64,000 bases of DNA from the human T2T-CHM13v2.0 reference genome, Homo sapiens. The stretch lies in assembly GCF_009914755.1 (NCBI RefSeq), contig NC_060927.1; one strand, 5' to 3'. This document shows, in pieces, positions 44,328 through 60,600 of this stretch (its first letter is position 1; each line of letters opens with the position of its first letter). Both the position numbers and the translations under genes were made by a program. A model generated the notes under the pieces. It worked only from the letters and a program-made list of their open reading frames with translations, was not told where the DNA came from and ran no database searches.

Positions 44328-45687
44328 AGGTAGAGTGGTCCAACCTTTTGATAAAGCTAAGCAGATCTTGTTTTCTCCCTAGGAGGTGGCCCCTGGAAAC
44401 CAGCCCTGGTTAAACAGAAGCATGTCAGGGTATACAGGTGTGCATGGAAGGGAGGAGGGTGAAGCCTGTTTTATTATTATTTTTATTTTGTTCCACATAT
44501 TCTGAGGGTGAAGCTTCTATACAAAACAGATCACATTCAAGCTCCTGCATGGCAGTCTGGAATGGGCAAGACCATGTCCTTCCAGATCCTCCCCCTACCT
44601 CTAGCCAAAAGGTACCCTTCTTGAAATGATGACGAGCCATCTTTTTTTTTTTTTTTAGAAACTTGATAGGGAATCTATAAAACACCTAAGGTTCATAATC
44701 AGAGCTTCTTTTAAAGGAGCCATAGGTTACTTCCAGTACCTCAAGGAGAATGTGGCCATGACTTTGTAACTAGTGATTTCCACAAGGCCCTCCCAGTCCT
44801 GCACAGGAGCCCTGGTAGCCCATCTCAAAGCTTCCCTGGTCCTGAGCCCACCCACTTCCCCTTCCCATCATGGCACACAGGCTCGGGCTCCACCAGGTGC
44901 ATGACTGTATGCAGGTCACTCAACTTCTCTGAGCCTCAGTTTTCTCCTTTTTAAATGGGGTATATCTTCCTCATTGGGTTGGTACGAGGTACAAAAGAGA
45001 TCATTCATGACAAATGCTTAGCCAGTGCCTGATGCACAGAAACCACTAAATAAATATTAGATAATGATATTATCACTATTTTTACCAATGCTTCAGAGCA
45101 CAAGGCTGCCTACAAAACTCAGGCCCTTGAAATGAATACATCAAGTCATGGTAAGATCTTACACACTGAAAATAATCACCTCTCAGCCCACCACAGGATC
45201 CAGTGCTGCCATTCCCTTTGCTGGGCAGTGTGGGGCAGGTCAGAGGGCCCGACCTCAGACTCCAGGCTGCTGACAGACACATCAGTTCTTCTCACCTGTC
45301 TGAGATACAGGGTTCCAGGGCTATCTCTATGAGGTTTTCCTCCACTCCTCAATGATCACAATGTAGGTTCTTTGCCCCTCGCCCAGCCTTTTGGGGGACT
45401 GAAAGCCTAATGCCTGTTTGACCTCTTGGCATCTCCAGTTTTTAGGGAACTCCTGGGCTCCTCCTGCTCCCAAGCCCTTTTGATAGGTCTGGGTGTTTCT
45501 TTGAAACAGACATTCAGCCAAAACTGTAAATAGGGCTCATCAAATGGCTAAGATCACTGGTTAAGCAGTATGTCTATGGATCTCTCACCCCGTGCCCCAC
45601 GTGTTGCTAAGAGGGTACTCTCTCTGTCCAAGGTGCCCACTGCAAATATCTTAACCAGCCAAGTGGGGCTCTCTTTTCAGTTTCAGC

Positions 45688-45891
45688 AAGTGATGTGCTG
45701 CAGTCAGCTTGAGCCAGCTCTCAAGAACTTATTATGAGCATCTCTTCTCAACTCCACGTCCAGTAACATGTTGATAGCTTGAAATCAGCCATAATGGGAG
45801 TACTCACACCACAGAGATTAGTGAATGCTATAAAGCATGGCTTTCTTTTTCCTGAACAGTCAGTTGTTAAACACTTGTCAGATACACCACT
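45688..45891. mobile_element. MER63A-like hAT MITE about 90 bp past the SCN11A poly(A) site
   Basis: TIR-like AGTGATGTGCTG ... CAGATACACCACTG; internal TAGCTTGAAATCAGCCAT. Confidence 0.7.
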
Positions 45892-46003
45892 GGTTCTAGT
45901 CTTTAATTGCAAGCAAAGCACCACATTTAAACCACTACTCACACAACCACTGAACAAAAGGGGAATATTAGTGTACTACCTGAAAGGAACACAAACAGAA
46001 AGC

Positions 46004-46009
46004 TTTATT
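46004..46009 (-). terminator. Distal polyadenylation signal AATAAA of SCN11A
   Basis: TTTATT on + strand; minus strand reads AATAAAGCTTTCTGTTTGTGTTCCTTTCA, then a GTTCAGTGGTTGTGTGAGT downstream element. Confidence 0.8.
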
Positions 46010-46271
46010 GAATTTATATATATATATATATCTGAGATGGTAGCTTGTGAAAGGGTAGTAATTGACAAGTCAAGATTGTGCCTCTAGGTTTTAAACAAAC
46101 CCAAAATAATTAATGTTGGTAAAAAATGTCTGCAATAAGCTATTCATTTATTGGCAAGTTTTGAATTTTCATTTAGCATGCAAAAGAGCTACATGTGATA
46201 AACCACATACTTGCATCAGGAAAATATCAAACAAAAATGATGTATCTAGAAACATAGAAAATACAACTTAA

Positions 46272-46628
<357 letters not shown>

Positions 46629-46910
46629 TGAACTATTTCAATCCTAAAATTGGTATGTCCTTTTACAGTCCTTCCTGGTGTCTTCTTCCTTATTATAATA
46701 GTACCACTGGTTGTCAAGTAGCCTTATCTTATATCTCTGTAAGTATTATTTAAAATGAAATTGAAATATCATTTATTTTAGCCAGAAAAGAAAATGGAAT
46801 GGCTAATTTGGTGAATCCACTCCCTGTTGATACACTAAGCTGCTGACCCCTGGAGCTCAGAGGCTGAAGGCAAGGCTGTGAAGCTATGAGGTAGGCGTGG
46901 AGGTGAGGGC

Positions 46911-47960
<1,050 letters not shown>

Positions 47961-48600
47961 TCAGGAGAAGGAGAAAAGTAAATAAGTTTCCAGAAGGCAC
48001 ACTGGTTTCAGATCCAGCCTGTCTCCTGCCTCAGAATCCTATGGGGGCCAACTTTTTATCAATACTTTGTAGCTTATGTACAAAACTAAGAATTTCTTTT
48101 ACCACTATCAGGGAAAATACCTATCTGTGTCTTAATTTGGAAAATAGTTTCCAAGGGCCATACAGTTCTTCTACATTTGTGTGTAGAAGAATTTAAATAC
48201 AGCCCTACTACAAGTGAGGACAGCTTATCTGCTGAAAGAGCCACAATGTCTGTAGGGCTAGAGGGAAATGGTAGCATTGGAATGCTCACCTTTAGGCTGA
48301 AGCTGCCCATGGATCTTTCATAATTGTCATCCTCATTCCAAGGACTTCTGAGATCCAAACTCAAAAAGCTGAAGGGACACAATTTGGAGATACTTTCTCT
48401 GTTGCTGCAAACCCCATAAATGTCATTTCAGAGGTTTGATCAAACAGCTGAATATTTGACCTAAAATGTCGCCCTGCCTGCTCTGCAGGCAAGTGATACA
48501 AGGATTTAAGACAATTCACATTTTGGCCTAAACATTATAGAATGGTTGGAACATGCTTGTCTTGTGTAGACATGGCCTTGTTCTTGCTTTGAGAGTCTTC

Positions 48601-48702
48601 TAGGGTTGTTAGGGGTCATGGGCAGTATTTGAGTGCCCATGACCCCTAATGACCTTGAGTGTCCTGTAAGGTCACTAGGGGTCTATTAGGGTTCATGGGC
48701 AG
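48601..48702. repeat. Interleaved inverted/direct repeat cluster
   Basis: Perfect 16-bp inverted repeat 48609-48624 / 48634-48649; second inverted repeat 48641-48656 / 48668-48683 (15/16); direct copy at 48686-48702 (16/17). Confidence 0.95.
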
Positions 48703-49470
48703 CAGAATGCTCTGCTGTCACCTAATGACTAAAGAGAACTAGTTGATTATATACTTCACTGACTACCCAATTGTGCCAAAGAAGTTTAATTCATACTTTA
48801 ATTGGAAAGTCAACCCTGGAAAGATGTAAAGTTTCTTAAGTGCCAATTCAGCAACAACTGGAGGAGGCCCATCATTTAAGATCTACCTCCTCTATGAATA
48901 TTTCTTGGGCTGATCAAGCCCATAGTAATCTGTTCTTTCTCTGAGCTCATTTCTGCTTTGCACCATGTGATTTGGTGTTCAATTAATTTCCCTATCTTTT
49001 TTTGGCACTTTAAGACGAGTAAGCCGTAATACCTCAACTAGATTGTTAACTCCTAGAGAGAGATTCATTTCAACTCACACTCATTTTGCATTTCTCCAAA
49101 AACTTAGGAAAGAGCTTGGAAAAGTACTGAGGCTAAAGCGTTGGACGGCAGAAATATTGGCAAAGGCATATAAAACTCTGTCCACATTAGTAAGTAGGAT
49201 TAATATATGGATTAATCCTACCGCTGAGTATTATTTGGCTTAATATGTAGATTTTCTCATCCACTGGGGCAAATGCCATACAGCATGTATAACTGCAATT
49301 GCCAAGCAGTTGTTCAAAGGACAAAAGTCAGAAACATTTCCGCAAAGTGCATGATGCCTGGCACTGCATGGAAGGAGCTGTTGGAATGAATGAGCTTCTC
49401 TTTTCTCATCAGAGGAAGGGCTCTTTGAGTTCTTAGAGGGCCTCCCCAGACATCTGACCACCATTTTCTA

Positions 49471-49473
<3 letters not shown>

Positions 49474-49501
<28 letters not shown>
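49474..49501. repeat. Poly(T)28 tract in the last SCN11A intron (poly-A in the pre-mRNA)
   Basis: Direct read; no adjoining Alu or L1 body recognised. Confidence 0.95.
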
Positions 49502-49505
<4 letters not shown>

Positions 49506-50693
49506 CTGTCAATTTCACCAAGACTTGTGATTGGAATTGACTAATAAAAATTAAAGGTCTACTTAACTGTAAACTCATGGAAGAATCTATTGATAAGCTT
49601 TATCTACATTAACATCATGGCTTAGAAACCAGAACACACTATGAACTGTAGCATATTTGTTGTTGTTCTCTGAAACATCTGCAATGCTGCAGTAGCATTA
49701 GGAACCAAAATATCTTGATCCAATATATCTGTTTGATGCATTCTTTCTGAGATCGCAAAAAAGCTTCCATTTGGAAAATCAGTTTTCTTTGTCTTCATTG
49801 TGTTTTGAACTATGAGAAGGGCTCCTGGACAGTTTTACATAATTATAAAATGTCAAGTTAACAGTTTAATTAAAACCAGACTTCAAAAACCCAGAGTAAG
49901 CACTTATGGTTTAGCCATGAAGAATTTAATTTTAAAGTTGATGTGTGTATGTGTGTGTTTTATAAGAAGGAGTATGGTAATAACCTTCTTTCTTTTGTAT
50001 TCTTTTATAAGCCTTTTAGTTAACCCTGCGTGTGATTAGGAAAAATATACTGATTAGAGAATGAGGCTGGTTGGTAAGCGGGGTCAAAGAATCTGAGACA
50101 AGCACAGTTCACACTGTGGTTTAAGTTAACATGGGATATAGAATAGAAAAAAAGCTTTGATTGTCTGAATGATATACTCTTGAAAGCCCAATCTAGAGTG
50201 GGCCATGGGGCCTTGTATAGGGGTTGAAAGGGGGCACAGCAGTGCCACAGGGGCACAATAATTGTGATCTGGCACCCATGTGGATTTTGAACAAAGGAAA
50301 AAACATGGGCAGTAAATCCTTAAAACTAAAAAATGCTCATAGGGCTTATAGTTGCACAGGAAAGGTAGAACTTTGACTCAATTATCTGAATAAATCAGGT
50401 TACCACCACAAAAACTTCTGAGTCATTTTAATTTTGTCTATTTCCATTGAATACATTAGCTGCATGATTATTGAACTCTATTTCAGTTGTGTAGTGAGTT
50501 AAGGGAACAGAAATTACTCTCTATCTCCTAGCAACTTCCCAGTAGAGAATGGCATTAGTACCCCTGTCTATTCTTTCAGAAAGTACACTTGGCCCAGTTT
50601 TCTGCTTTGTGGATAGTTTGAACAAACTTCAAAAAATGATAAGATTTACAAACTTACTTCTGGTTCTTAAAGTCCCTCTGACTGCTGATTTTA

Positions 50694-50993
<300 letters not shown>

Positions 50994-53900
50994 TCATTTT
51001 GAATGCAAGAATAAAATTACATACAATAAAAAGAACATAAATACAACAGAATTTGTTTTTCCTTACAATTAAAGCAGTTCCTTGAAAAATACACAGACCC
51101 TTTTCAAAGGGCAAGAAATTCTTATAAATCCCCAGGCTTGCCTTATATATTTTCATTAAAATGTAATTAGTAACTGGTTTTAAGTGCTTGGGCTTATAGC
51201 TTTAATTCCATTTTAAAACAAAAAATATTAAAAAGTCTTAGTAACAACATAACTTTGATGTGATTGATGATGTGCTTTGCTGAAATAAAACAGTGCATGT
51301 TGGATTTAATAATAAAAAGATGAATCTTGGTATCTATATTTTATCTGTTTCTGTATTCTTACTTCAACAATATTAGTGCAGAGAATACCTGCTCACATAA
51401 GTATGTTGGACAAAATGGAATTAGTATCTTCAATGCTCCATTTGCCAATTCACAATAATCAGAACTTAACCAAAATTCTGTATTCAAATAATTCTTCAAT
51501 GCCAATTTTAAAATTCTTGTTCACTTGAAGATAAAGCTAATAGATGAGATTATAATCCAATAATTACTAAAACTGAAAATAGAAAAAAATGATTAATTTA
51601 TACTATAACTGAGGGTGAATTTACATGTGGTTTATATATAGATGGCCATACTGCCCAAAAAGTGAGTATATGCTGATTGTTCAGGTACAGGTCCTAACTC
51701 AAGTTTGCATGCCAAGTCTACCATATGCAGTGAAATTACTCAATTATTCCATTATTTTCTTTAATACAACTGCTGTGAAGCACTACTTTGTTCTTCACTT
51801 TGTGGAAAACTATTCCTAAATACAAATTCAGACATTGAAATTTTATAACATTCTTGACTATACGTTGGTTGCTTTACAATCTGTGTACATATTGTTTTAT
51901 ATTATATTATCACCTAATCAAAGTGGCATACACTATTATCTTTAGAGAACTCACATACTCCTAAGAATACATCTTTAGACACCCAAGGGATCTGTTATAT
52001 AATCCAGGCAAAGATGATGTTGGCTTGTGGTGGTGACAGCAGATAAAGATAAAAGCATATAGGCTTAAGAGCTAATGTGAGGTGGAAGCAAGAACCGTCA
52101 GAGAATTCAAATGTAGTGGGCTTTGAGAAAGTTAAGACTGAGAATATAGTTTCCGGTTGATAAAACCATCTAACCAGCCAGAGAACAGAGGATGAGGAAT
52201 ATTAAAGAGAGATGATAAGATCTGACCTGAGCAGGTTGAGTTGAGGTGCCAGTGGGGGGTCCAAGGGCAATGGGCAGGTAGAAGTATGAGTTTGGAGTGC
52301 AGGTACAGAAGCTAGAATACAGATGACATTAATACTGATATGAATTAAAACCACGGGAGTGAATTATATATCACTTGGGGAGAGCAAGGGCAATGAGAGG
52401 AAGGAGGGTAGGGACAACACTGGAGGACACTACATTTCAGTTGTGACTTTCGAACCATGTGCTGGGAGCCCCAAGGCTTTTATCAAAGAGCCAGGAGAAG
52501 ACACTAGAAAGTCAAGTGCCTTTCCTATTTAAGCATGAATTTGGGAAGTCAGAAAGGAGCTGGAGAAAAGGTGCACTCCAGGGAAGCGGAATGAAGGGCA
52601 AAAAGAAATATGAGGGAGGGTGAGTATTGGTTTTATAGTTAACTCTAACATCTAGACAAATAGAGGAGATTAAGAGCATAAATTACCTAAAGTGTTGGAT
52701 TACCTAAAGTGTTGGATGATCAAAAAAAGCATTCTATGTCACTTCAGAACGCAGTGTGACTCCTATACCTCAGTATGAATTTTAAACCAAGAAATGAAGC
52801 CACCCTGTGAAGATGCTTCAGGAGAAATCGAAGTGATTCCAAACCCCTTGTTCTATTACTGGAAATGAAATGCATCAATGCTCAGGCTAAAACAGCTATG
52901 TTTTCCACCTATGCAATTGCTCTTCGTTTGTTTCGAGGGTCAAAAGCTAATATTTGGATTTTAGAGATGGAAAAAAAATCTCTGGGGAGATAAAGTTGTG
53001 GGTCAATGGCTAACTGTTGATTTAAAGTCTAAGCCCAGACTCAGGGACTTCTGGTGATATGATGTTGGATTTATCTCATGCGACACTAATCTGGAATATA
53101 AAAGTCAAGATAAACGTGCAGTGTTAGGTGGTGAGATTGTATTTGATTACCAGAATCATTCATTGAAGGCTTGATTGGTGAGTTGTAGCTACACAGGGAG
53201 AGCTGTGATTTTGCACCTACTTCCAGATAAGCCATGTGATAAGCATGCTATAAAAGATGGCTAAGGAATGGAGGTGACAGCTTTCCTATGTTAATGTTGT
53301 CTGCACCCACTTTCAGTTCATCTCTTGCAGCCTAGCATGCTCTGTGCAGTGCATCTATGTGTTGCAACTTTTGTTGGGCTGTGTGCTGTGTTGCTTGAAA
53401 TAAACTGATAAATATGTCAGAACATATTGTGTCTTGTGACTCTTTTAGTTAATGCCAAACCCAAGACCAACTGATAATGAGTCAGTGGTTGTATAGCATG
53501 CATATGTAAACAAAAATTCTCTCTTTTCTTGTTGTTGGCTCAAGTTCAAGTAAGAATTTTAAAGTGAAATTAGTACTAGAAAGTGAGATTGGTATTTAAA
53601 AGCTAGATTCAATTTAGGTAAACTGAAGTCCCATAAACCGCTGGCAGATTAAACCTCCCCAAATATAATTTTATCATTAACCCTGTGGTCAAAAATCTCT
53701 CACTATATAAAAGATAAATTCTAAATCCTTGGCCCTGACATTCATTGACTTTTTTAGTGCATCAAAAATACTTCATTTTAGTGTGATGGACTCTGTTTGT
53801 GCCTTAAAACATATTTTTTTGTTCAATAAATAATTACTGAGAACACATTTTATGCCAGGCCCTATTCTGGGTGCCGAGAATAGCAGTAAGTAGACTGCAT

Positions 53901-54208
53901 TCATCATTTGCGATCTCATGTTCAAATGGAAACCTCCAAATTATCTGCATGCTTCCGATTGCAAGCCCTTCTTTCATCCTGCTTTCCCTGACTTTTCAGC
54001 CTCCACTGACCTGCTCTGCTATGGAGCATTCAAACTCACTTGTCAGAGCTACCAACTCTGTTGTGCCTATTGTACTACTTTATAACCCAATGCTCTAAAG
54101 TATGTATACAACATCTCAGCTCCTCAATTAGACTGCAAGCACAGAGCTGCCCTGGATGCTACTTCTATCTTGCCCCATAGTACCTGATAAAGCAGGATTC
54201 ATAGAGCA

Positions 54209-54549
54209 CAGGGATCAGCAAACCATGGCCTATAGGACAAATCCAGTGACCTATCTGTTATTGTACAGCCCATGAGCTCAGAATGGGTTTTACATTTTTA
54301 AATGTTTGGTGAAAAAAAAAATCAAAAGAAGAATAAAGTTTTGCGACATATGATAATTATATAAAATCCAAATTTCCATGTCCCTAAATAAAGTTGTGTT
54401 GGAATACAGGCATGTTTATTTGTTCTATATTGTCTATGGCTGCTTCTGTACCACAATGGCAGAGTTGAGTACTATGACAGAGACATATAGCCAGCAAAGA
54501 CTGAAATATTTACTATCTGGGCCTTTAAGGAAAAGTCTGTCAATCCCTG
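54209..54549. mobile_element. MER58B hAT-Charlie MITE
   Basis: 341 bp; TIRs CAGGGATCAGCAAAC / GTCTGTCAATCCCTG; internal TATTGTCTATGGCTGC and AAATATTTACTATCTGG. Confidence 0.85.
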
Positions 54550-54666
54550 ATATACAAAGTTTATCATAAATACTTGTAAAGTGGAAGTAAGTATGCATGA
54601 CCTTAACCTCACACTAATAAAAACTGGTAAAAAGTATTACAAGTACATTTTAAACTCATCAAAATT

Positions 54667-57600
54667 GAAAAAAGCAAAAACAGGAAGATGGGAGATAGGA
54701 GGCAGGGCTAACGTGCATCTCGCACTTGGATGGACAGAACAGTGTGTGGAGACTCACACTGTGGACTTTTGCTTCAAGAACCACCGCAGGAACGTAACAG
54801 GAAAACCAGAAGAATTCACAGATCCTTTGAAAGAAGTGACATGCCACTGCAGACTGCACGAGACAGGTGAAAAGCCGTGAGTTCCCAAAGTGTGAGTGAG
54901 AGGGGGGAAAACCTGCCTCCAAACACACATCCCCACTGGGGAATCTGAAAATGCAGATCACGAGAGAAGGTTGTAACCTTACCTAGAGCTGAAATGACTT
55001 TAGGGAGCTGCATGAAGTGCAAAAGTAGAAGAAGCAACAGGAACCTTGAAGGTACTCCCAGTCTCCAGCTTGGGCCCTGGAATGCCATTCCTGACTGTAT
55101 CTCACAGGGGTCTTCTGAGAAGGCAGCCAGCCAAATAAAAGGAGGGGCCATAGGGTGAAAGAAACTTCCAACTAGATTCTGTGATAATTTCGACTGGGCA
55201 CAAACTTCCTTGAGCAGAATCCAGGGGGCTAACGGGAGTTGCTGCAGATACGAGTGCAGGAGCTGCTGACATTGTGGGCAGACAGGGAGGGATGTGGCCT
55301 GAAAGCCATGCTTGCTTTGTCAGCAGGGAAGCTTATGGCCTGGGGCAGGTCTGAGATCCCTGAGTAGGCTGCCTGGATCTAAACTTGGTGCAGTTAGCAC
55401 GGTACTGCAGGAGCAAGACCAGCCTCACCAACTGTGTGGGAGCTGGGCGAGGCCTTTCACTACTGGCTATCCCCCACTTCTCTGGTGATCTATACTGCAC
55501 AGCAGAGGTAGCCATAATCCCCTCTGGAACATAACCTCATTGGCCTGAGGACCACTTCCTCATCCCCCACAGTGGTTATGGCAAGCCCCACTCAAGGAGA
55601 GTCTGCACTTGGACCTGCCTAACCCTGCCCTCACCTGATGGTTTTTCTCTACCTGTCCTAGTAGCTGAACACAAAAGACATAAACCCTTGGGAGTTTTAT
55701 GGCTCTGCCTGTCTCCTGAAAGTCAGAATACCTCCCCTGGCCAACTTAGGGCAAGCGTATATCCCACTGCTAATAGCACAGTGGTGCTCTCTTGAAAGCA
55801 CCACCTCCTGGCTGGAGGTCAACCAACTCAGGACATGACTGCAATTCATGACAGAATAGCCCTGATCCCAGGAAGGAGAAAACGACAGCTAATTCTACTG
55901 CCTGCAACATCCTGACTAACCAGAGGTCCTGAGTCTGTCCACGTGACAACTTCACTGCTAGCATAACCAGCATTTGAGAAAGCCAGCATACTAAATGTAT
56001 CTACAGCCAAGGACTCTCACAGAGTCTACTTCACTCTCCTGCCACTTCCACCAGAGCAGGTGCTGGTATCCACAGCTGGGAAACCTGAAAACAGATCACA
56101 TCACAGGACTCTTTGCAAACATTCCCCAGCACCACCCCAGAGCCTAGTAGCCCTGCCAGGTGGCTAGAACCAGAAGAGCAATAACAATACTGCAGTCTGG
56201 CTTTCAGGAAGCCCCATCCCTAGGGAAGGGGGAGTGCACCACATCAGGGGATCACCCTGTGGGACAAAAGAATCTGAAGAGCAGGTCTTGAGTTCCAGAT
56301 CTTTCTGCTGGTGGGTAGTTTCTCACAGCAGAAACACAATTGCAGTGCTGGCACAGTAGGGAAAGTCTGCACCTCTAGCCCAATGGGCAGGCATCCTCTG
56401 TGATTGTGAAGGGCCTTAGAAAAGAGGTCCTTGTTTTCCTCTGGCACTTCACTGCAGACACAGCTGGGGCTTCCCCCACAGGAACACAGTATGGAGGCAT
56501 CTATAGACAGCCTGTCTGGAACAATCCAGGGTGAGTGCGGCCCCAGAGAAGGAGCACACCCTAGATTCAGGCTGTGTGAGAGGCAGAGTCACAGTTCCTC
56601 CCTACTTGGAACATCAACATTCCTACAGATGAAAAGAGGTGGCTGTCTGATCTGAACAGCCAAAACACTGGGATAGGAGTGAGGCTGTGAGGTGAATAGC
56701 TTTCTGGCTGACCTGGCAGAGGAGCTGAGGTAGCTTCTACTCTTCACCCTGATAAAACCTCAGCGCATCTAACTGAGAGGTCTCCCAGCCACCTTCATCA
56801 AGGCTGGGACCTCAGCCCACTGTTGGGTATTACATTTACCCACCTGCCTTAGCCATAGCCAATGCCTACTCAGGGATACCTTCTCTATTGGCCTGAAGCC
56901 TGAATCATCAAGTCAGTAAATAAAACACTGGGAAAAAATAAATAAATAAATAAATAAAAATGTACACCATGAGAGAACCAGATAAGCTGCAAGAGATCCC
57001 TGCCATTCCAACTCCATAGGAGACAGTGAACTTGCCAGCACACTAAGACAGTAACTACTACAACCAGCATCAGGGAAAGCCAGTGCACAATGACTCTTTA
57101 TAACTAAGGATCTCATACAGAGTCTTTACTCCTACAAGCACCAATAATCAAATTAGGCTAAAATACACACTGTCCTGATGTTAAAGAGGGAAAATATTTT
57201 AAATTTAAAAAACACAGTTCAATTAAAAATAAATCCAAGAACAATTTTAAGTAATAGTCTACCCAAGTGAAAAGGAACCAGAAAAGTAATTCTGGTAATA
57301 TGACAAAATAGGTTCTATAACACCTCCAAAAGATCATACTAGCTTCTCAGCAATGGATCCAAACCAAGAAGAAATCTCTGAATTTCCAGATAAAGAATTC
57401 AGAAGATTTATTATTAAGCTAATCAAGGAGATACCAAAGAAAGGTGAAAACCCACTTAAAGAAATTTAAACAACAATACAAGATATGGATAAGAAAATTT
57501 TCCAGAGAAATAGATATCATAAAGAAAAAATACTCACAACTTCTGGAAATGAAAGAAACACCTACGGAAATGCAAAGTGCCATGGTAAGTTTCAACAATA

Positions 57601-60600
57601 GACTAGGACAAGTAGAAGAACTTTAGAGCTCAAAGACAAAGCTTTTGAATTAAAAGCCAATCAGACAAAGACAAAGAAAAAAGTTTAAAAAATGAATGAA
57701 GCCTCCAAGAAATTTGGGATTATGTTAAATGGCTAAACCTAAGAATAATTGGTCTTCCTGATGAAGAAATCTAAAGTTCATAAAACTTATCTGAAGAAAT
57801 AATTGAGGAAAACTTTCCTGGCCTTGTTAGAAATCTAGACAACCAAATAAGAAGCTCGAAGAACTTCTGGGAAGTTCATCACAAAAAGATTATCACCTAG
57901 GCACATAGTCATCAAGTTATCTAAAGTCAAGATGAAGGAAAGAATCTTAAGAGCTGTGAGACAAAAGAATTAGATAACCTATAAAGGAAAACCTATCAGA
58001 TTAACAGTTAACTTCTCAGCAGAAACCTTACCAGCTGGAAGGAATTGGGGTCCTATCTTTAGCCTCCATAAACAATATAATTGTCAGCCAAGAATTTTGT
58101 ATCCAGTAAAACTAAGCTTCATAAAAAGAGGGAGAGATAAAGTCTTTTTCAGACAAATAAATGCTGAGAGAATTCATCACCACCAAACCAACACTGCAAG
58201 AAATGCAAAAAGGAGTTCTAAATTATGAAACAAACCTTGAAATACACCAAAACAAAACAAAACAAACAAACAAACAAAACCTCCTTAAAGCATAATTCTC
58301 ACGGGGCCTATAAAACAACAACATAATTTTAAAAAACCCAACAAAGTATTTAGGCAACAACTAACATGATGAATAGAACAGTACTTCACATCTCAATACT
58401 AACGTAGAATGTAAATGGCCTAAACGCTCCATTTAAAAGACATAGAATTGTAGAATGGATACAAACCAAGCATCTACTGTCTTCAAGAGACTCACCTAAC
58501 ACATAAGGACTCATATAAACTTAAGGTAAAGGGTGGAAAAAGACATTCCATGCAAATGGAAATGAAAAGTGAGCAAGAGTAGCTATTCTTACATCAGACA
58601 AAACAGACTTTAAAGCAACAAAAGTTAAAAAAGACAAAGAGGGACATTATATAATGATAAAATGATTAGTCCAACAGGAAAACATCACAGTCCTAAATAT
58701 ATGTGTACCTAACACTGGAGCTCCCAAATTCATAAAACAATCACTATTAGACCTAAGTAATGAGGCAACACAATAATACTGGGAGACTTCAGTATTCCAC
58801 TGACAGCACTAGACGGGTAATCAAGACAGAAATTAAACAAAGAAACAATGGACTTAAACTATACCCTAGAACAAATGAAATTAACAGATATTTACAGAAC
58901 ATTCTACCCAACAACTGCAGAATATACATTCTATTCATCAGCACATGGAGCATTCTCCATATCACATGGAGATAGACCATATGATAGATCACAAAACAAG
59001 TCATAATAAATTTAAGAAAATCGAAATCATATCAAGTATCCTCTCAGACCACAGTGGAAAAAAACTGGAAATTAACTCCAAAAGGAACCTTCAAAACTAT
59101 ACAAATACATGGAAATTAAATAATCTCCTCTTGAATGATCTTTGGGTTAACAATGAAATCAAGATGGAAATTTAAAAATTCTTTGAACTGAATGATAACA
59201 GTGACACAACTTATGAAAACCACTGAGATACAGCAAAAGTGGTGCTAAGAGGAAAGTTTGTAGCATTAAATGCGTACATCATAATGTCTGAAAGAGCACT
59301 CACAGACAATCTAAGGTCAGATCTCAAGGAATTAGAGAAAGAAAAACAAGCCAAAGGCAAATCCAAACCCAGCAGAAGAAAATAAATAACAAAGATCAAG
59401 CAGAAATAAATTAAACTGAAACAAAAAAAATACAAATGGTAAATGAAACAAAAAGCTGGTTATTTGGAAAGATAAAAATGATAGACCATTAGTGAGATTA
59501 ACCAAGAAAAGAAGAGAGATCAAAATAAGCTCAATTAAAAATGATACAGGAGATAGTACAACTGATACCACAGAAATACGAAAGATCATTCAAGGCTACT
59601 ACAAACACATACATGCACAAATTAGAAAATCCAGAGGAAACGGATAAATTCCTGGAAATATACAACCATCCTAGATTAAATCAGGAAGAAATAGAAACTC
59701 TGAACAGACCAACAAAAAGTAGCAAGATTGAAACAGTAATAAAAAAATTACCAACAAAAAAAAGTCCAGGACCAGATGGATTAACAGCTGAATTCTATCA
59801 GACATTTAAAGAAGAATTGGTACCAGTCCTACTTATGGAACCGCATTTGCAAAATTATAACTGAGGAAATTATGATAGTGAAAGAAATCACACCTAATGG
59901 ACTCCATCTGCTTCTAACCTTTAAGCTGTCCTTGTTCATTCCTGGGCATAGGCTGAACTAACTTTGGGAAGGAATTCAGTTCATGGCTTGACTTTGAAAC
60001 AAAATTGATAATAGATCTTTCCCAAAATGACCCCTGCTCTTGCCTGGGGACCAGTCTGCCTTTGCAGGACTAACAAATTAGCTACAAGATTAGAAATTAA
60101 GGTTTAGGGGTCATGCAGCCCCTGGGCTCCAAGAGTCTGAACCTCCTCAAATTGCTCCTGGGGATAACATCAGTACAGTACTGTAAAACCTAAGATCAGT
60201 GCTTGAGATATTTTGCAGACCTTGCACTGGATGGATCAGCTGACACCACCCAGACCCATAATCTGCCTCAACCAGTTCTGCCATTCCACCCAGGAACAGA
60301 AGATAGCAAGAAAACCTCACTTCGACCCCCTATGATTCCATATCAAACCTGACCAATTAGCACTCCCCATTTCCCTAGCCCCTACCCACCAAATTATCTT
60401 TAAAAACCTCTGATCCCTGAATGCTCGGGGAGACTGATTTGAGTAATAATAAAACTCCCATCTCCCACACAGCCAGCTCTGTGTGAATTACTCTTTCTCC
60501 ATTGCAATTCCCCCATCTTGATAAATTGGCTCTGACTAGGCAGGGGGCAAGGGTGGTTACACTAACACTAAAAGATAGAGAAAGAGGGAATCCTCTCTAA

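Noticed and set aside
49195-49220. 10-bp inverted repeat TAGGATTAAT/ATTAATCCTA
   Set aside because: Short and AT-rich; plausible by chance in 64 kb.
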